This document shows, piece by piece, positions 20,380 through 30,876 of a DNA stretch of 64,000 nucleotides. The notes below the pieces were generated by a model. That model worked only from the letters and a program-made list of their open reading frames with translations, ran no database searches and was not told where the DNA came from. Both the position numbers and the translations under genes were made by a program. The stretch is taken from contig CM000429.1 in assembly GCA_000165345.1 (NCBI GenBank), positions 448,001-512,000 of the forward strand, given 5' to 3'. The stretch's first letter is position 1. Each line of letters begins with the position of its first letter.

Positions 20380-21960
20380 TTAGGGGCACCTAACTATTTT
20401 CATAAGATTACACGATCCCGGACAGGACTCTTTAACGCCATGCACGGCGATAGCAAAATCTCCACTCTCAATAAGACTTTCCTCTTTCGCAAGTGCTAGG
20501 GCATTAGATATTACAACTTCACTATGATGGATTGAGTTTAAGACATAAGTCTTAACACCTCTTGCAATCTTTAGCCCTCTGGCTACCTCAGGTTTAGCTG
20601 TGCATGCAATAATGGTTTGACTTGGCCTGTATTTTGAAATGAGTCTTGCAGTATTCCCTGTTTCTGTGATTGTGATGATTAATTTTGCATTTACGTCATG
20701 GGCAGACTCAACTGCAGAACAAGCAATGGCTTCAGGGACAGCAACAGGCTTTGGAACTGAGGAATGTATTGCGTGGTATAACACTGGATAATCAATACAT
20801 GTCTCAGCTTGGGCACATACTCTGGACATTACATTTACTGCGTCAAATGGAAATGCTCCATTTGCAGTTTCTCCAGATAGCATAACACAATCTGAACCAT
20901 CTAAAACAGCGTTTGCAACATCAGTCATTTCTGCCCTTGTTGGCCTATTACTCTTAATCATGCTTTCAAGCATTTGAGTTGCAGTAACAACAGGCTTACC
21001 TGCAACATTGCATTTGGAAATCATACATTTCTGAGCAACGAATATTTTTTCTGGAGGAATTTCCATACCCAGGTCACCTCTTGCAACCATGATACCGTCT
21101 GACTCGCTGCAAATACTATCGAAGTTGATCACACCTTCCAAGTTTTCAATTTTAGAAATAATCTTTATTGAGCTTGGGATTCCATTGGAGTATTGCGTAT
21201 TTTCAGAAATAATTTGCCTACATAGTTGCACATCAGCTCCATTCTGCACGAAGGAAAGAGCAATAAAATCCAAGTTGTACTTAAGGGCAAAGTCCACAAT
21301 GTCATGTCTATCTTTATCCCCAATTATTGGTAAGTGGACCTTACAACCTGGTAGATTCATATTTTTCCTTTCACCGATAGTTACGCTATTCAATACCTTG
21401 CAGACAATGAAATCATCGCCAATTTCTAGCACTTGAGTCGATAACGAGCCATCAGCAATTAAAACAGTACTTCCAATTTGTACACTTTTAGGTAATAGAG
21501 AATAGCTACACGATATACATTCGGAGTTACCTAACATAGAGTAATCTGTTGTAATTTTTAAAGTTTGGCCTGCCTTCAATTCAATGGGCTTTCCACCTTC
21601 CAACATTCCGGTTCTGATCTCTGGGCCTTTAGTATCTAGCATTATCCCAACGGTAGAGTGAGGTCTTGCTTTAGCTGCCTCCCTGATATTTTGTAAAGTC
21701 TTGAAGTGACTCTCATGATCGCCATGGGAAAAGTTAAGTCTAGCAACACTCATACCTTTGTCAATTAAACCAATCAACGATTCTACATTATTACAGCTTG
21801 GGCCAATTGTACATATGATTTGTGTCTTCCTTTGGGTTACGTCATTATCTGCTAAAGGAGAGCAAATTTTGTCCATCCCTAAACAAGTTGCCTTTCCCAG
21901 TGTGCAACTCATTACTGCAGAAGTAGATGCGAGTCTTTTCAAATGATCGTTTGAAATCAT
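20380..21960 (-). CDS. Pyruvate kinase
   Basis: 526 aa. It has MLDTKGPEIRTG, IMVARGDLGMEIPPEKIFVAQK, and a CVMLSGETANGAFP-type C-terminal domain. These are canonical PK active-site motifs. Confidence 0.9.
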   Translation of the reverse strand: MISNDHLKRLASTSAVMSCTLGKATCLGMDKICSPLADNDVTQRKTQIICTIGPSCNNVESLIGLIDKGMSVARLNFSHGDHESHFKTLQNIREAAKARPHSTVGIMLDTKGPEIRTGMLEGGKPIELKAGQTLKITTDYSMLGNSECISCSYSLLPKSVQIGSTVLIADGSLSTQVLEIGDDFIVCKVLNSVTIGERKNMNLPGCKVHLPIIGDKDRHDIVDFALKYNLDFIALSFVQNGADVQLCRQIISENTQYSNGIPSSIKIISKIENLEGVINFDSICSESDGIMVARGDLGMEIPPEKIFVAQKCMISKCNVAGKPVVTATQMLESMIKSNRPTRAEMTDVANAVLDGSDCVMLSGETANGAFPFDAVNVMSRVCAQAETCIDYPVLYHAIHSSVPKPVAVPEAIACSAVESAHDVNAKLIITITETGNTARLISKYRPSQTIIACTAKPEVARGLKIARGVKTYVLNSIHHSEVVISNALALAKEESLIESGDFAIAVHGVKESCPGSCNLMKIVRCP

Positions 21961-22068
21961 CTTAGTGAATTTTTTGATTTATTGAAATTAATAAAAAATA
22001 AATCAAATGTTCTTAATTATCAAAGGATCTAGAAAAATTGGCGCTTCATATCTTATCTATGTTATTTA

Positions 22069-22084
22069 CTCCCCTTGTGGGGAG
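22069..22084. other. GC-rich perfect hairpin CTCCCC-TTGT-GGGGAG in an AT-rich intergenic spacer
   Basis: A 6-bp perfect inverted repeat with a 4-nt loop, seen directly. It lies ~120 nt downstream of the WD40-gene stop (22204) and ~110 nt upstream of the pyruvate kinase ATG (21960). Both genes are on the minus strand. Confidence 0.5.
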
Positions 22085-22203
22085 CAAATAATAATACTAA
22101 GTCCTCTCAATAGGGTTGAATTTTTTAATTGAGTTTATTATCCACATGCATATATAGACTATGATTTGATGGAAAATGGTGCGGTTGTATTTAAACGTAA
22201 ATG

Positions 22204-23436
22204 TTAGTTACTTATTTTCGCTCTTTTCAAATCATTGTTCTGTGCGGATTTAGTGAAGATATTCTTTTTAGGTTTTGTGGGGTGCTTCAGTGCGTCTGGG
22301 ATTATTGCGTAGCTCAGGTATCCACTTTCATTGTCGTGGCTCGAGTGCGAGTTTTTGGTATTAATTATTATAGGGCATGGTAAATTGTCGTAATTTTTGT
22401 ACCATAAAACGCATCCTACATCTTTAATATCAATTGAATCTTCAAATAATTTAAAGGATGTTTGAGCAGTGAGTTCGGTTATTTCAATTGAATAAGGAAC
22501 ACTGTTTAGATTTATTGTGGTTAATTCCTTCCGGAATCTAAACGTATTCTTTTCACATGAATCTAATTGAACAACAGTTATTCCACTTAAATCTTCACAT
22601 TTTATAAAAACTTTCTTCAGTGAAGAACTGAACTTTACTTCTAAGGGAATTGACTATAAGAAGTTATATTTAGCTCAAAATTGAATGTTACTTACCTCAA
22701 GGTTAATCGAATCTATTTCAGTTCCGTATAAATAGTCCCAAAGCTTGATTCTTTTATCAAGAGATGAACTAATAATTAATTTAGATGATTCTTCAGCGAT
22801 TTTTACCTCACATAGTGATGAGATTGCGCCACCGTGACCACATAATATTGAAAGTGTATTTTCTAAATGTTTTATATTAGAAACCCATATTTTTCCACAC
22901 TTATTCCCAGTAAACAAAAGTTTGGAGTCGTGGCTGACTATTGAACATGTAACTGTTGATAAATGACCCATTTTGGGGATTATACAATCAGCCATATCGT
23001 TGTTTAGTAGTTCTTCACTATCTGAGTGATTATCAAACGAGGGTAAATTTCTACCATTCTTAATCGCTGAGTGAATAGAAGAGGCATTCAATAAGTATAA
23101 ATCACCAAATTTATCACCTATAATCACTTCGTTTGTATCTGGTTTGAATATTGAAATATTTAACCTTTTTGAGTGTATAAATCGACCTATTAATTGAAAG
23201 CTAAAATTGCAAATCTTAATTATATAAATAACCTTATTGCTACTACAAGCAGTGGCTGTACCATCCATTGAAATATTTACTGAAACTAAAGTATCTTCTT
23301 CATTACCTAGAGCAATTTCTGATTGTTGATAATCAACGAGAGAAAGTGAAAATAACTTATTCTTTTGAAACCAAATAAGTTGGTCATTATAGTAGAAAAG
23401 AGAATTGTTTCCGGAAATTAAATCTATATTTCTCAT
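22204..23436 (-). CDS. WD40-repeat protein. Two exons: 22696..23436 and 22204..22653, with a 42-nt intron at 22654..22695.
   Basis: Exon 1 is the ORF-track ORF; its 'VSNIQF*' tail is intronic. The donor is GAG|GTAAGT and the acceptor CTTATAG|TCA. Exon 2 is a 149-codon open frame with no Met, so it is invisible to the ORF track (SIPLEVKFSSSLKKVF...KRAKISN*). WD-like blocks include ..IISSSLDKRIKLWD... Confidence 0.6.
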
Positions 23437-23573
23437 TATTCTCTCTATTTGTATGCATATATACTTAGGTTTATATCATCAGTTAAATGATATTATTTAA
23501 AGAACGTCAAACATACAATATTAATTAATTATACCGCTCAGAAATAATGTACAGGTTAAAGTGCTACTTTTTA

Positions 23574-24387
<814 letters not shown>

Positions 24388-24949
24388 ATTTTTCTGTTTT
24401 CACATTACAGTAAATAGCTTCATCATTTCCAAAAATTATTAGATTTCATCGTTCCCTCCTCGTTATTTTGAAAAAAAATATACGCGATTGATTATTAATT
24501 GCATGAAAAAAGTTATATAAATTCCTAAAGAATTTTTGTTGCTATTTTTAAATGTGATTTAATAAACATAGTATGAAAACAATCTATTCTGCTGCAAAAT
24601 ATATTTTAAGATTTATGATAATTCGGAATACTACAAAACATTAGATGCTACTGTATACAAGATCAGACATCATTCAAAAATAGTGCTCTGCAGTATAATT
24701 AATTTAACTTAAATAAAATAATCGTGAGCGCAGAAATAATTGCAAATTATGTGGAATTGCGCTGCAAAATTTATCAAACAAATAATTGGAGTTAATTTAG
24801 TAAAGGTTTTTCAACATTAAATATAATATTTTAAAGTCATGTATTAAAATTTTGATTTTGAATATGTATTAATATATTATTTGCCCAATATAATTGAATT
24901 ACTCTAAAGATTTGGAAGACTGATAATTTTGTTTTAAACTTAATATACG

Positions 24950-26449
24950 ATGCTTGAAAATGACTTTCCACATAATGAGTTGGTATGGTGGAGGATGACA
25001 AGGAAACAAAGGTATTTGCCTGGGCGTACAGTAACATTGGAATTAGAAAATAAAACAGTAGGAATAGAAGAAGAACATGAAAAATTACTTATGAAGTTAG
25101 TAAAGCAGGGCTCAGTTATTATTCATTCGTTTGATGATATGAAATATGCTGTTTGTAGTTCTAGTAATGTTAGGTTATATCCAGCACTTTCTGAGCAGGA
25201 GCAAAAGTCACTTGAAAAAGAATGCATTCGATCAACAAAGATGAATTACAGAGCTTTGTTACGTATTAAAAAAATAGTTGAACTCAGAAAATTAGATCAG
25301 GCACAATTTGAAAATAGTGAAACAAATATGTCTCTATTAGAGATTCGTATGATTCAATTTTTCAAAGACAGGGATAGCATCACCAATATTTCTGAGAGTA
25401 TAGAATATCTTGAAAATAACACTGCAATTGAATTACTAGGAGCAATTGTAAACAGGAAAACTTTGAAAACTATGATTGGCCAGAGTCCACAAGCTTTCTT
25501 TTATTTAGATAAGACTATATTTAATGAGAAAAGTAAACATCTATCTGAGAAAGAGGACATTTCAGTAGGATCTATTGATTCTAAGCACTGGCAAAATGAA
25601 TTAAATGAAATTATTGTTAATAGGAAAACAATTTGTGAATTATTAAGTTGTATACCGTTTGAATTGTTATCGAGCAGTCATAATGGTAAAAATAACATCG
25701 AATTAATGGCTGGCCGAATTTTTGTGAATGATCCTGAAGATTCATTGATTGAAGAATTTTGTGAAAAAAGTATTGATGCCATTTATCGTGGGAAGTTCAT
25801 TATGGAATATATTAAATTATCAATTTTGTATTTGCGTGTATTATCCAAATCAATAGCACTTAGAGTTGTAAGTGCAAATAAAAAGAAAAACACAAGACAG
25901 AGATCAATATTGGAATATGTTGTAGTTTTATCTCTTGAATTATTATTTTGTGATCCATATGAAGCTAAGATGCTTTCATTGACTAAATTAAAGCACGAAG
26001 AAACGAGCATTTCTAATGTAAACAATTGTTTGGTGTCCCTAAGTATTGATATTGATTCGAATAATTCATCCAAAAAAATGCCAGAAAACATTAGTAAGGC
26101 GGAGAAAAGTAATGTTCATGGATTATTGTTAAATTTTAAAACAACTGTCCCTAGTAGAGACTCTAAAGAAAATGAATTATATTATAAAGTTGACTTAAAT
26201 CGTATTAGTAGCCAGTTGGCCATTTCAGAAGAGTTACAAAACGCCTATAGTTACTACAATAAGAAATTTACCCTTAAAGAACTGGAACATCGCACCAAAT
26301 CGTTCCATGTTATTAAAACTTCGTGCCCTATAATGATTAAATTGTTAAGGGAATGGATTCTGAATGCAAATAGAGGCGAATTTGACCATATAGATAGTAT
26401 TGATCAACTTAAAAAAATAAAAGAAAACTTATTAAATGTTGATAAGTAG
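24950..26449 (+). CDS. Hypothetical protein (no recognisable domain)
   Basis: 499-aa ORF beginning at an ATG. Codon usage resembles neighbouring genes. Helical and lysine-rich, with no motif I can name. Confidence 0.4.
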   Translation: MLENDFPHNELVWWRMTRKQRYLPGRTVTLELENKTVGIEEEHEKLLMKLVKQGSVIIHSFDDMKYAVCSSSNVRLYPALSEQEQKSLEKECIRSTKMNYRALLRIKKIVELRKLDQAQFENSETNMSLLEIRMIQFFKDRDSITNISESIEYLENNTAIELLGAIVNRKTLKTMIGQSPQAFFYLDKTIFNEKSKHLSEKEDISVGSIDSKHWQNELNEIIVNRKTICELLSCIPFELLSSSHNGKNNIELMAGRIFVNDPEDSLIEEFCEKSIDAIYRGKFIMEYIKLSILYLRVLSKSIALRVVSANKKKNTRQRSILEYVVVLSLELLFCDPYEAKMLSLTKLKHEETSISNVNNCLVSLSIDIDSNNSSKKMPENISKAEKSNVHGLLLNFKTTVPSRDSKENELYYKVDLNRISSQLAISEELQNAYSYYNKKFTLKELEHRTKSFHVIKTSCPIMIKLLREWILNANRGEFDHIDSIDQLKKIKENLLNVDK

Positions 26450-26500
26450 TTCTAATAAGAAAATCAAACTTTCTCCAATTAACCTTCTTTGCTCGTTAAT

Positions 26501-27193
26501 TTAAGAAATTAATGAATATTTGCTATATTCACGATCTCTAGGTAATATTTTAATTAGGATAATTAATTCAGCAAACGTTAATGATAATATTCCAACTAAA
26601 GTATAGAATCCAGATCCTAATGAATGATATATCTTTTGAATGGTCGTGCTGTTATTTTCTGTCCTAAAAGTTTTTCCCCAAGAAAAGTGCATCGAAATCC
26701 AATAAAGCAACCCTGATTTGATAAATAAGACCGAAGCTCCCATTAAAATAATGGAAAATATATGTGCATATCTTTTGTTATGTAAGTATTCTTTAATTAG
26801 TAAAATAAGCGTTGAAAATGATAAAAACGCCAAATATGTTGCAATTAAGCATGTAAGTATTAAACTCGCATTCTGAATACTTGTGATTGTATTTTTGATT
26901 GATTTCGTTAAGGAATTTGTAGTTATACTGTTAAGCGTTTTGCTTGATCCGAAGTTTTCGAATTCAATAATTTCACTACAGTTTTCAAAGTCAATGACTG
27001 ATGTATTAATGCAAACCCCTTCTGAATAAATTCGATTCAAGCAAACGCTATACTTAACATTAGATCCATTTGAGAATCCCCACCTGTAATAACCAATATT
27101 TAAAAAAAATATCGTAAAAAACGTTGCTAAAATTAATAATGAATTTAGTATCAAAATTGCAAGTTTGTGCAAATTCTCTCTTTTTTTTTGCAT
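26501..27193 (-). CDS. Hypothetical multi-pass membrane protein (about 4 TM)
   Basis: 230 aa. Hydrophobic segments LAILILNSLLILATFFTIFFL, ILTCLIATYLAFLSFSTLILLI, IFSIILMGASVLFI and FYTLVGILSLTFAELIILI. Confidence 0.4.
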   Translation of the reverse strand: MQKKRENLHKLAILILNSLLILATFFTIFFLNIGYYRWGFSNGSNVKYSVCLNRIYSEGVCINTSVIDFENCSEIIEFENFGSSKTLNSITTNSLTKSIKNTITSIQNASLILTCLIATYLAFLSFSTLILLIKEYLHNKRYAHIFSIILMGASVLFIKSGLLYWISMHFSWGKTFRTENNSTTIQKIYHSLGSGFYTLVGILSLTFAELIILIKILPRDREYSKYSLIS

Positions 27194-27336
27194 ATTATAG
27201 AACCAACATATTACACAACTCTGATATCTTGTACAATAAGTACTTTGGTTTGAAAAACTTTAACTTGTAATTATTGGATCACTTAACGCGGGAGAGTATG
27301 TAAATCTAAGATTGTATTAAAATGTTTAAGAAATAA

Positions 27337-28449
27337 TTAATCTATTACTTTTCCAGTTAAGTTTAATATTTTAAGTAATGAATAGCACATTTGGCAATAT
27401 TTGTTGTCAATTACTTTATTGTGAATAATTCCGCATAATTTACAGAATATGTTTTCTTTTACATAGATTGAATATTTGTGTTGTTCATTATTGTTTTCAT
27501 TTAGCTTCATAAATATGTTAGTAATATTGCATATCTTCTCACTTTGAGAAAGAATAAATTTACTAATTTCATATTCAATGGGAGATTTATTTAAAGAAAG
27601 CTCTGCTCCAATCGAACTATTTAGAATTTTAGATATATTGAATTTCCAGTAAAGCATAACTTCTTTTGAAGTTAAGTTTCTTAGGGGACGAATGAAAAGG
27701 AGCGAAGATTTCTCAGTGTGAAATCTAAAATCAAGATGTTCATAAATTGATTTAATATGTACTCCACTAGCCAATGTCATATATTGGATAGACTCAGAGC
27801 CCAGTGACTCAGATGTAGATGCTATCACAAGACACTTTTGCCTAGAATGGTCTATACTATCTAAATAATGTTTAATATCCTTAAATATAATTAGTTGAAT
27901 AAGTAACTTAATGTGATCAGTTCCCCTATCAATATGAAACTTAATTTCATCTAAAATCGCTTGTCTTTTTTCTTTATCAGACTGAGTATCGCCTCTGATA
28001 ATGCTTGAACAGAATGGGATTATTTGTAACTTTGGTATAATTTGGAATCCGTTTGAATAGGCATTATGGCTATAGATTGATTGAATACATGCATTCAAAC
28101 TTTCGTAATATTCAGAAGGATCTCTATTAACCAATGGAGATGTATCGACATTAATAAAAGATTTAATAGAATAGTCGGGCCTTTTTCCTGTCTTTGGTAT
28201 TACTGATAGCAAGTTCAATAAAGCATGTGAATAAAATCCAAATCCAAGCGCAACATAAAGCTCTGATTTTAGAGGTTTTTTTGATTGGTAACTACTTTTT
28301 AATTCCTTCAACCTTTCAATTGGGCCTGTCCTTATTTCTTTTCTTACATTACCCTCAATATATGAATTAAAGCAATCAATACAGGATAGAAATCTGGTAT
28401 TAACTTCAGCTTTTTTTGATTTACATTTATAGCAAAATATAGTCTCCAT
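27337..28449 (-). CDS. Possible cytoplasmic tRNA 2-thiolation protein 2 (Ctu2/Ncs2-like): PP-loop-fold protein with paired CxxC motifs at both termini
   Basis: 370 aa. N-terminal CYKCKSKKAEVNTRFLSCIDCF (CxxC...CxxC) and C-terminal CKLCGIIHNK...CQMCYSLL (CxxC...CxxC). Size and Cys architecture fit Ctu2, but the assignment is tentative. Confidence 0.4.
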   Translation of the reverse strand: METIFCYKCKSKKAEVNTRFLSCIDCFNSYIEGNVRKEIRTGPIERLKELKSSYQSKKPLKSELYVALGFGFYSHALLNLLSVIPKTGKRPDYSIKSFINVDTSPLVNRDPSEYYESLNACIQSIYSHNAYSNGFQIIPKLQIIPFCSSIIRGDTQSDKEKRQAILDEIKFHIDRGTDHIKLLIQLIIFKDIKHYLDSIDHSRQKCLVIASTSESLGSESIQYMTLASGVHIKSIYEHLDFRFHTEKSSLLFIRPLRNLTSKEVMLYWKFNISKILNSSIGAELSLNKSPIEYEISKFILSQSEKICNITNIFMKLNENNNEQHKYSIYVKENIFCKLCGIIHNKVIDNKYCQMCYSLLKILNLTGKVID

Positions 28450-28884
28450 ATATTAACATTTCATTTACCAGTAATAGAATAAATGTAATTGATTACAGAA
28501 CTTAATCTAGATTAGTTTTGGCGGTATGAATTTAATATATTAACTCATTTCTGTTTTTTTACCTAGAGGAATGGGCAATTAAAAACTATATTATATATAA
28601 TAAAATTTGTTTCTGCATTGCTCTAATTATTAATTTGTTTGATAAATAATTTTAAACGGTCAGATAATATTCGCTACAATATTTTATCTATTTAGTAATA
28701 TATGATATCTATAGCTTAGTAAGATTTGAGTAACAGAGTTAACAAAAGCCATGAAATAACTGTTAACTACGAGTTATACTAAATTGCTAATTACGTAGTA
28801 TAATATATATTTTATCATGGAATGTTGATATCATTTTTGTTCAAAATTAACTTTGGAAGTAAAAAGTTAATTATTCAAAATGTT

Positions 28885-30547
28885 CTAATTCGATTCTTGC
28901 CTATTTGAGTTCTTGATTGAATCAAAGACCCAGAAATAGTAAAAGTAAAATGTGTAATATAATATGGGGAATATACAGATTAGGGAAGATAGTGCATGAT
29001 AGATGAACACAAGCTGAAGCTTGTCAAATACCAACCTTTGTACGAAAAATTCCAGAAAAAAAATTGTTGTCAGTCCAAAAATAAATAATATGTTGTGAAC
29101 GCTGTATTTTCTCAAATTAATATTTAAAAGCAATAATTCCAGTACATAATAAGTCATTATTATTACATATTTAATAATATTCTCAGGATATGTTTCTAAC
29201 AAAACCATGACAGATAAATTGGACCAATTACTTAAGTAAGTGTAATGAGCCAAGAGCTGTTGATCATTTTCACAAAATAAAATTGTGTAGATTCCTAAAG
29301 GTATAATAGCGTATAATATTTGTTTTTCGTGAATATGAAATCCAAATTGAAAAGCTATTAAAAGTGAGATTGAAGAAGTTATTAAAATAGACTTCGTTGA
29401 CTCTTTTATATTACTCAAACTATGCCATAGACGAACTAATACTGGAATTATAAATAGTATACAAATTAACATGCAAAAAATAGGTTTTACTGGTGGGATA
29501 CATTTCATCGATTTAATATAATGGCCTTCTGCGTCAAGGTGATGAATTTTGCAAAAGTTTAAGTTAAATTTTGCGAATACTTTATCAGCTATCGAATATA
29601 AAGTATATAAGTTTGATGCAGGAATAAAATGGATAAAACTTCTTGAAATGGGAAATAGCCTCGAAATAAATTGATTTAATTGTCCATAAAAAATAATTGG
29701 CGTGATTGCAAAAGCGGACACTGATAAAACAGAAAATAAAACTTTAAATGAAGAGATAATAAGAATAAAAAATTTCCCTTCAGATCTTTGAATGCAAGAA
29801 TTTAATAGAAAAATAAACCATATAGGAGCAAGCACAATAAAAAAGTGCTTTGTAAAAACTAAACAAGTGAATATTATGGCTGAATATATTGGATAGTTCG
29901 CTGTTAGATAAATTGATAATAGCAATATCCCCATGAGGAATCCATTGTATTGAAAATGTATGTGATCAACTATTACCAAAGATGCATTAAATATAGTAAA
30001 AAAAGTTGATAAATAAATAGAATTGGTTTCGGAATCTGATTCACTCTTGCATATTAGAATTATCGGTGGAACCAGCGATATTAATTCTGAAATTATTACG
30101 CTCAATCTTTGAAAAATTAGAGTTTTTTTTGTAAAAAATGGTTCTTTAGAAAGCTAAATTATTTATTTAATGTTATTAATATTGAGTTTTCAACTTACTA
30201 CAAGAATACTAGGATCGAACATATTAGCTAAAAAGCTAAGAACCAACTCAAAATATGCAAAAAAAATAGGGTAATCTAAAGTCCAAATTGAAGTTTCCTA
30301 AAAATAATTCTTCAAGTATTCAGGAGTAAAGAAAAAATCCGCTTACATCATAATACCATTCTTTTATTGGCTTATTAAAAGTGATGGCCATCCAATTTCT
30401 ATGTACTTCAAAGTCCGGACTGTGGCTAATTTCAATTCGCAATAAATCAAGAATATTTAATAATAAATCAACTTACTAAAGAGGGATCAACATAAGCTTA
30501 AACAGAATTGAGATAATTAATATCAACAATATTCGCTTCAACATCAT
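28885..30547 (-). CDS. ALG8: ALG8-type dolichyl-P-Glc:Glc1Man9GlcNAc2-PP-dolichol alpha-1,3-glucosyltransferase (GT57; ALG6/ALG8 family). Four exons: 30477..30547, 30347..30425, 30199..30297, 28885..30153. Introns: 51, 49 and 45 nt.
   Basis: The spliced N-terminus is [24 protein letters not shown]|[26 protein letters not shown]|[33 protein letters not shown]|[21 protein letters not shown].... This is colinear with human/yeast ALG8 (..[76 protein letters not shown]). The large 3' exon carries [16 protein letters not shown] (GT57 motif). Donors are GTAAGT, GTAAGC and GTAAGT; phases are consistent. The ORF-track start at 30105 is a TTG inside exon 4. Confidence 0.8.
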
Positions 30548-30876
30548 TATAACTATTTCATATATAGATTTGCTTATTGTATTAATTAATTGATTGCCAA
30601 ATTAGTATTGTTTTACGCTAAATCAAACTGGAAATATTTGTAAAGTTAGAACTGAATAAATATAATTCAAATTATTATATTAAGTTCAAAAAAAATTGAT
30701 AAAATTAAAAATATAGCTTCATTCTATACAATGAGATTAATAATCAGAAAAAAAAATAACATGGTTTAAACAAACATTTTTTTTAAAAAAAGGGGCAATT
30801 ATGCGTGAGGGAAACTAAGAATTTTCAATTTTTATTTTATAAATTAAATTAATTCATTAAATAACTATTTCTTTAT

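Noticed and set aside
20685-21436. Plus-strand ORFs 20685..20885 (Q-rich) and 21089..21436
   Set aside because: Both lie entirely within and antisense to the strongly supported pyruvate kinase CDS. They have no start context or homology.
30105-30143. Alternative acceptor AG at 30144-30145 for the last ALG8 intron
   Set aside because: It would put exon 4 out of phase with exon 3 (+1 frame), producing a stop. The AG at 30154-30155 keeps phase 0, removes an in-frame TAG at 30154-30156, and matches ALG8 alignment.
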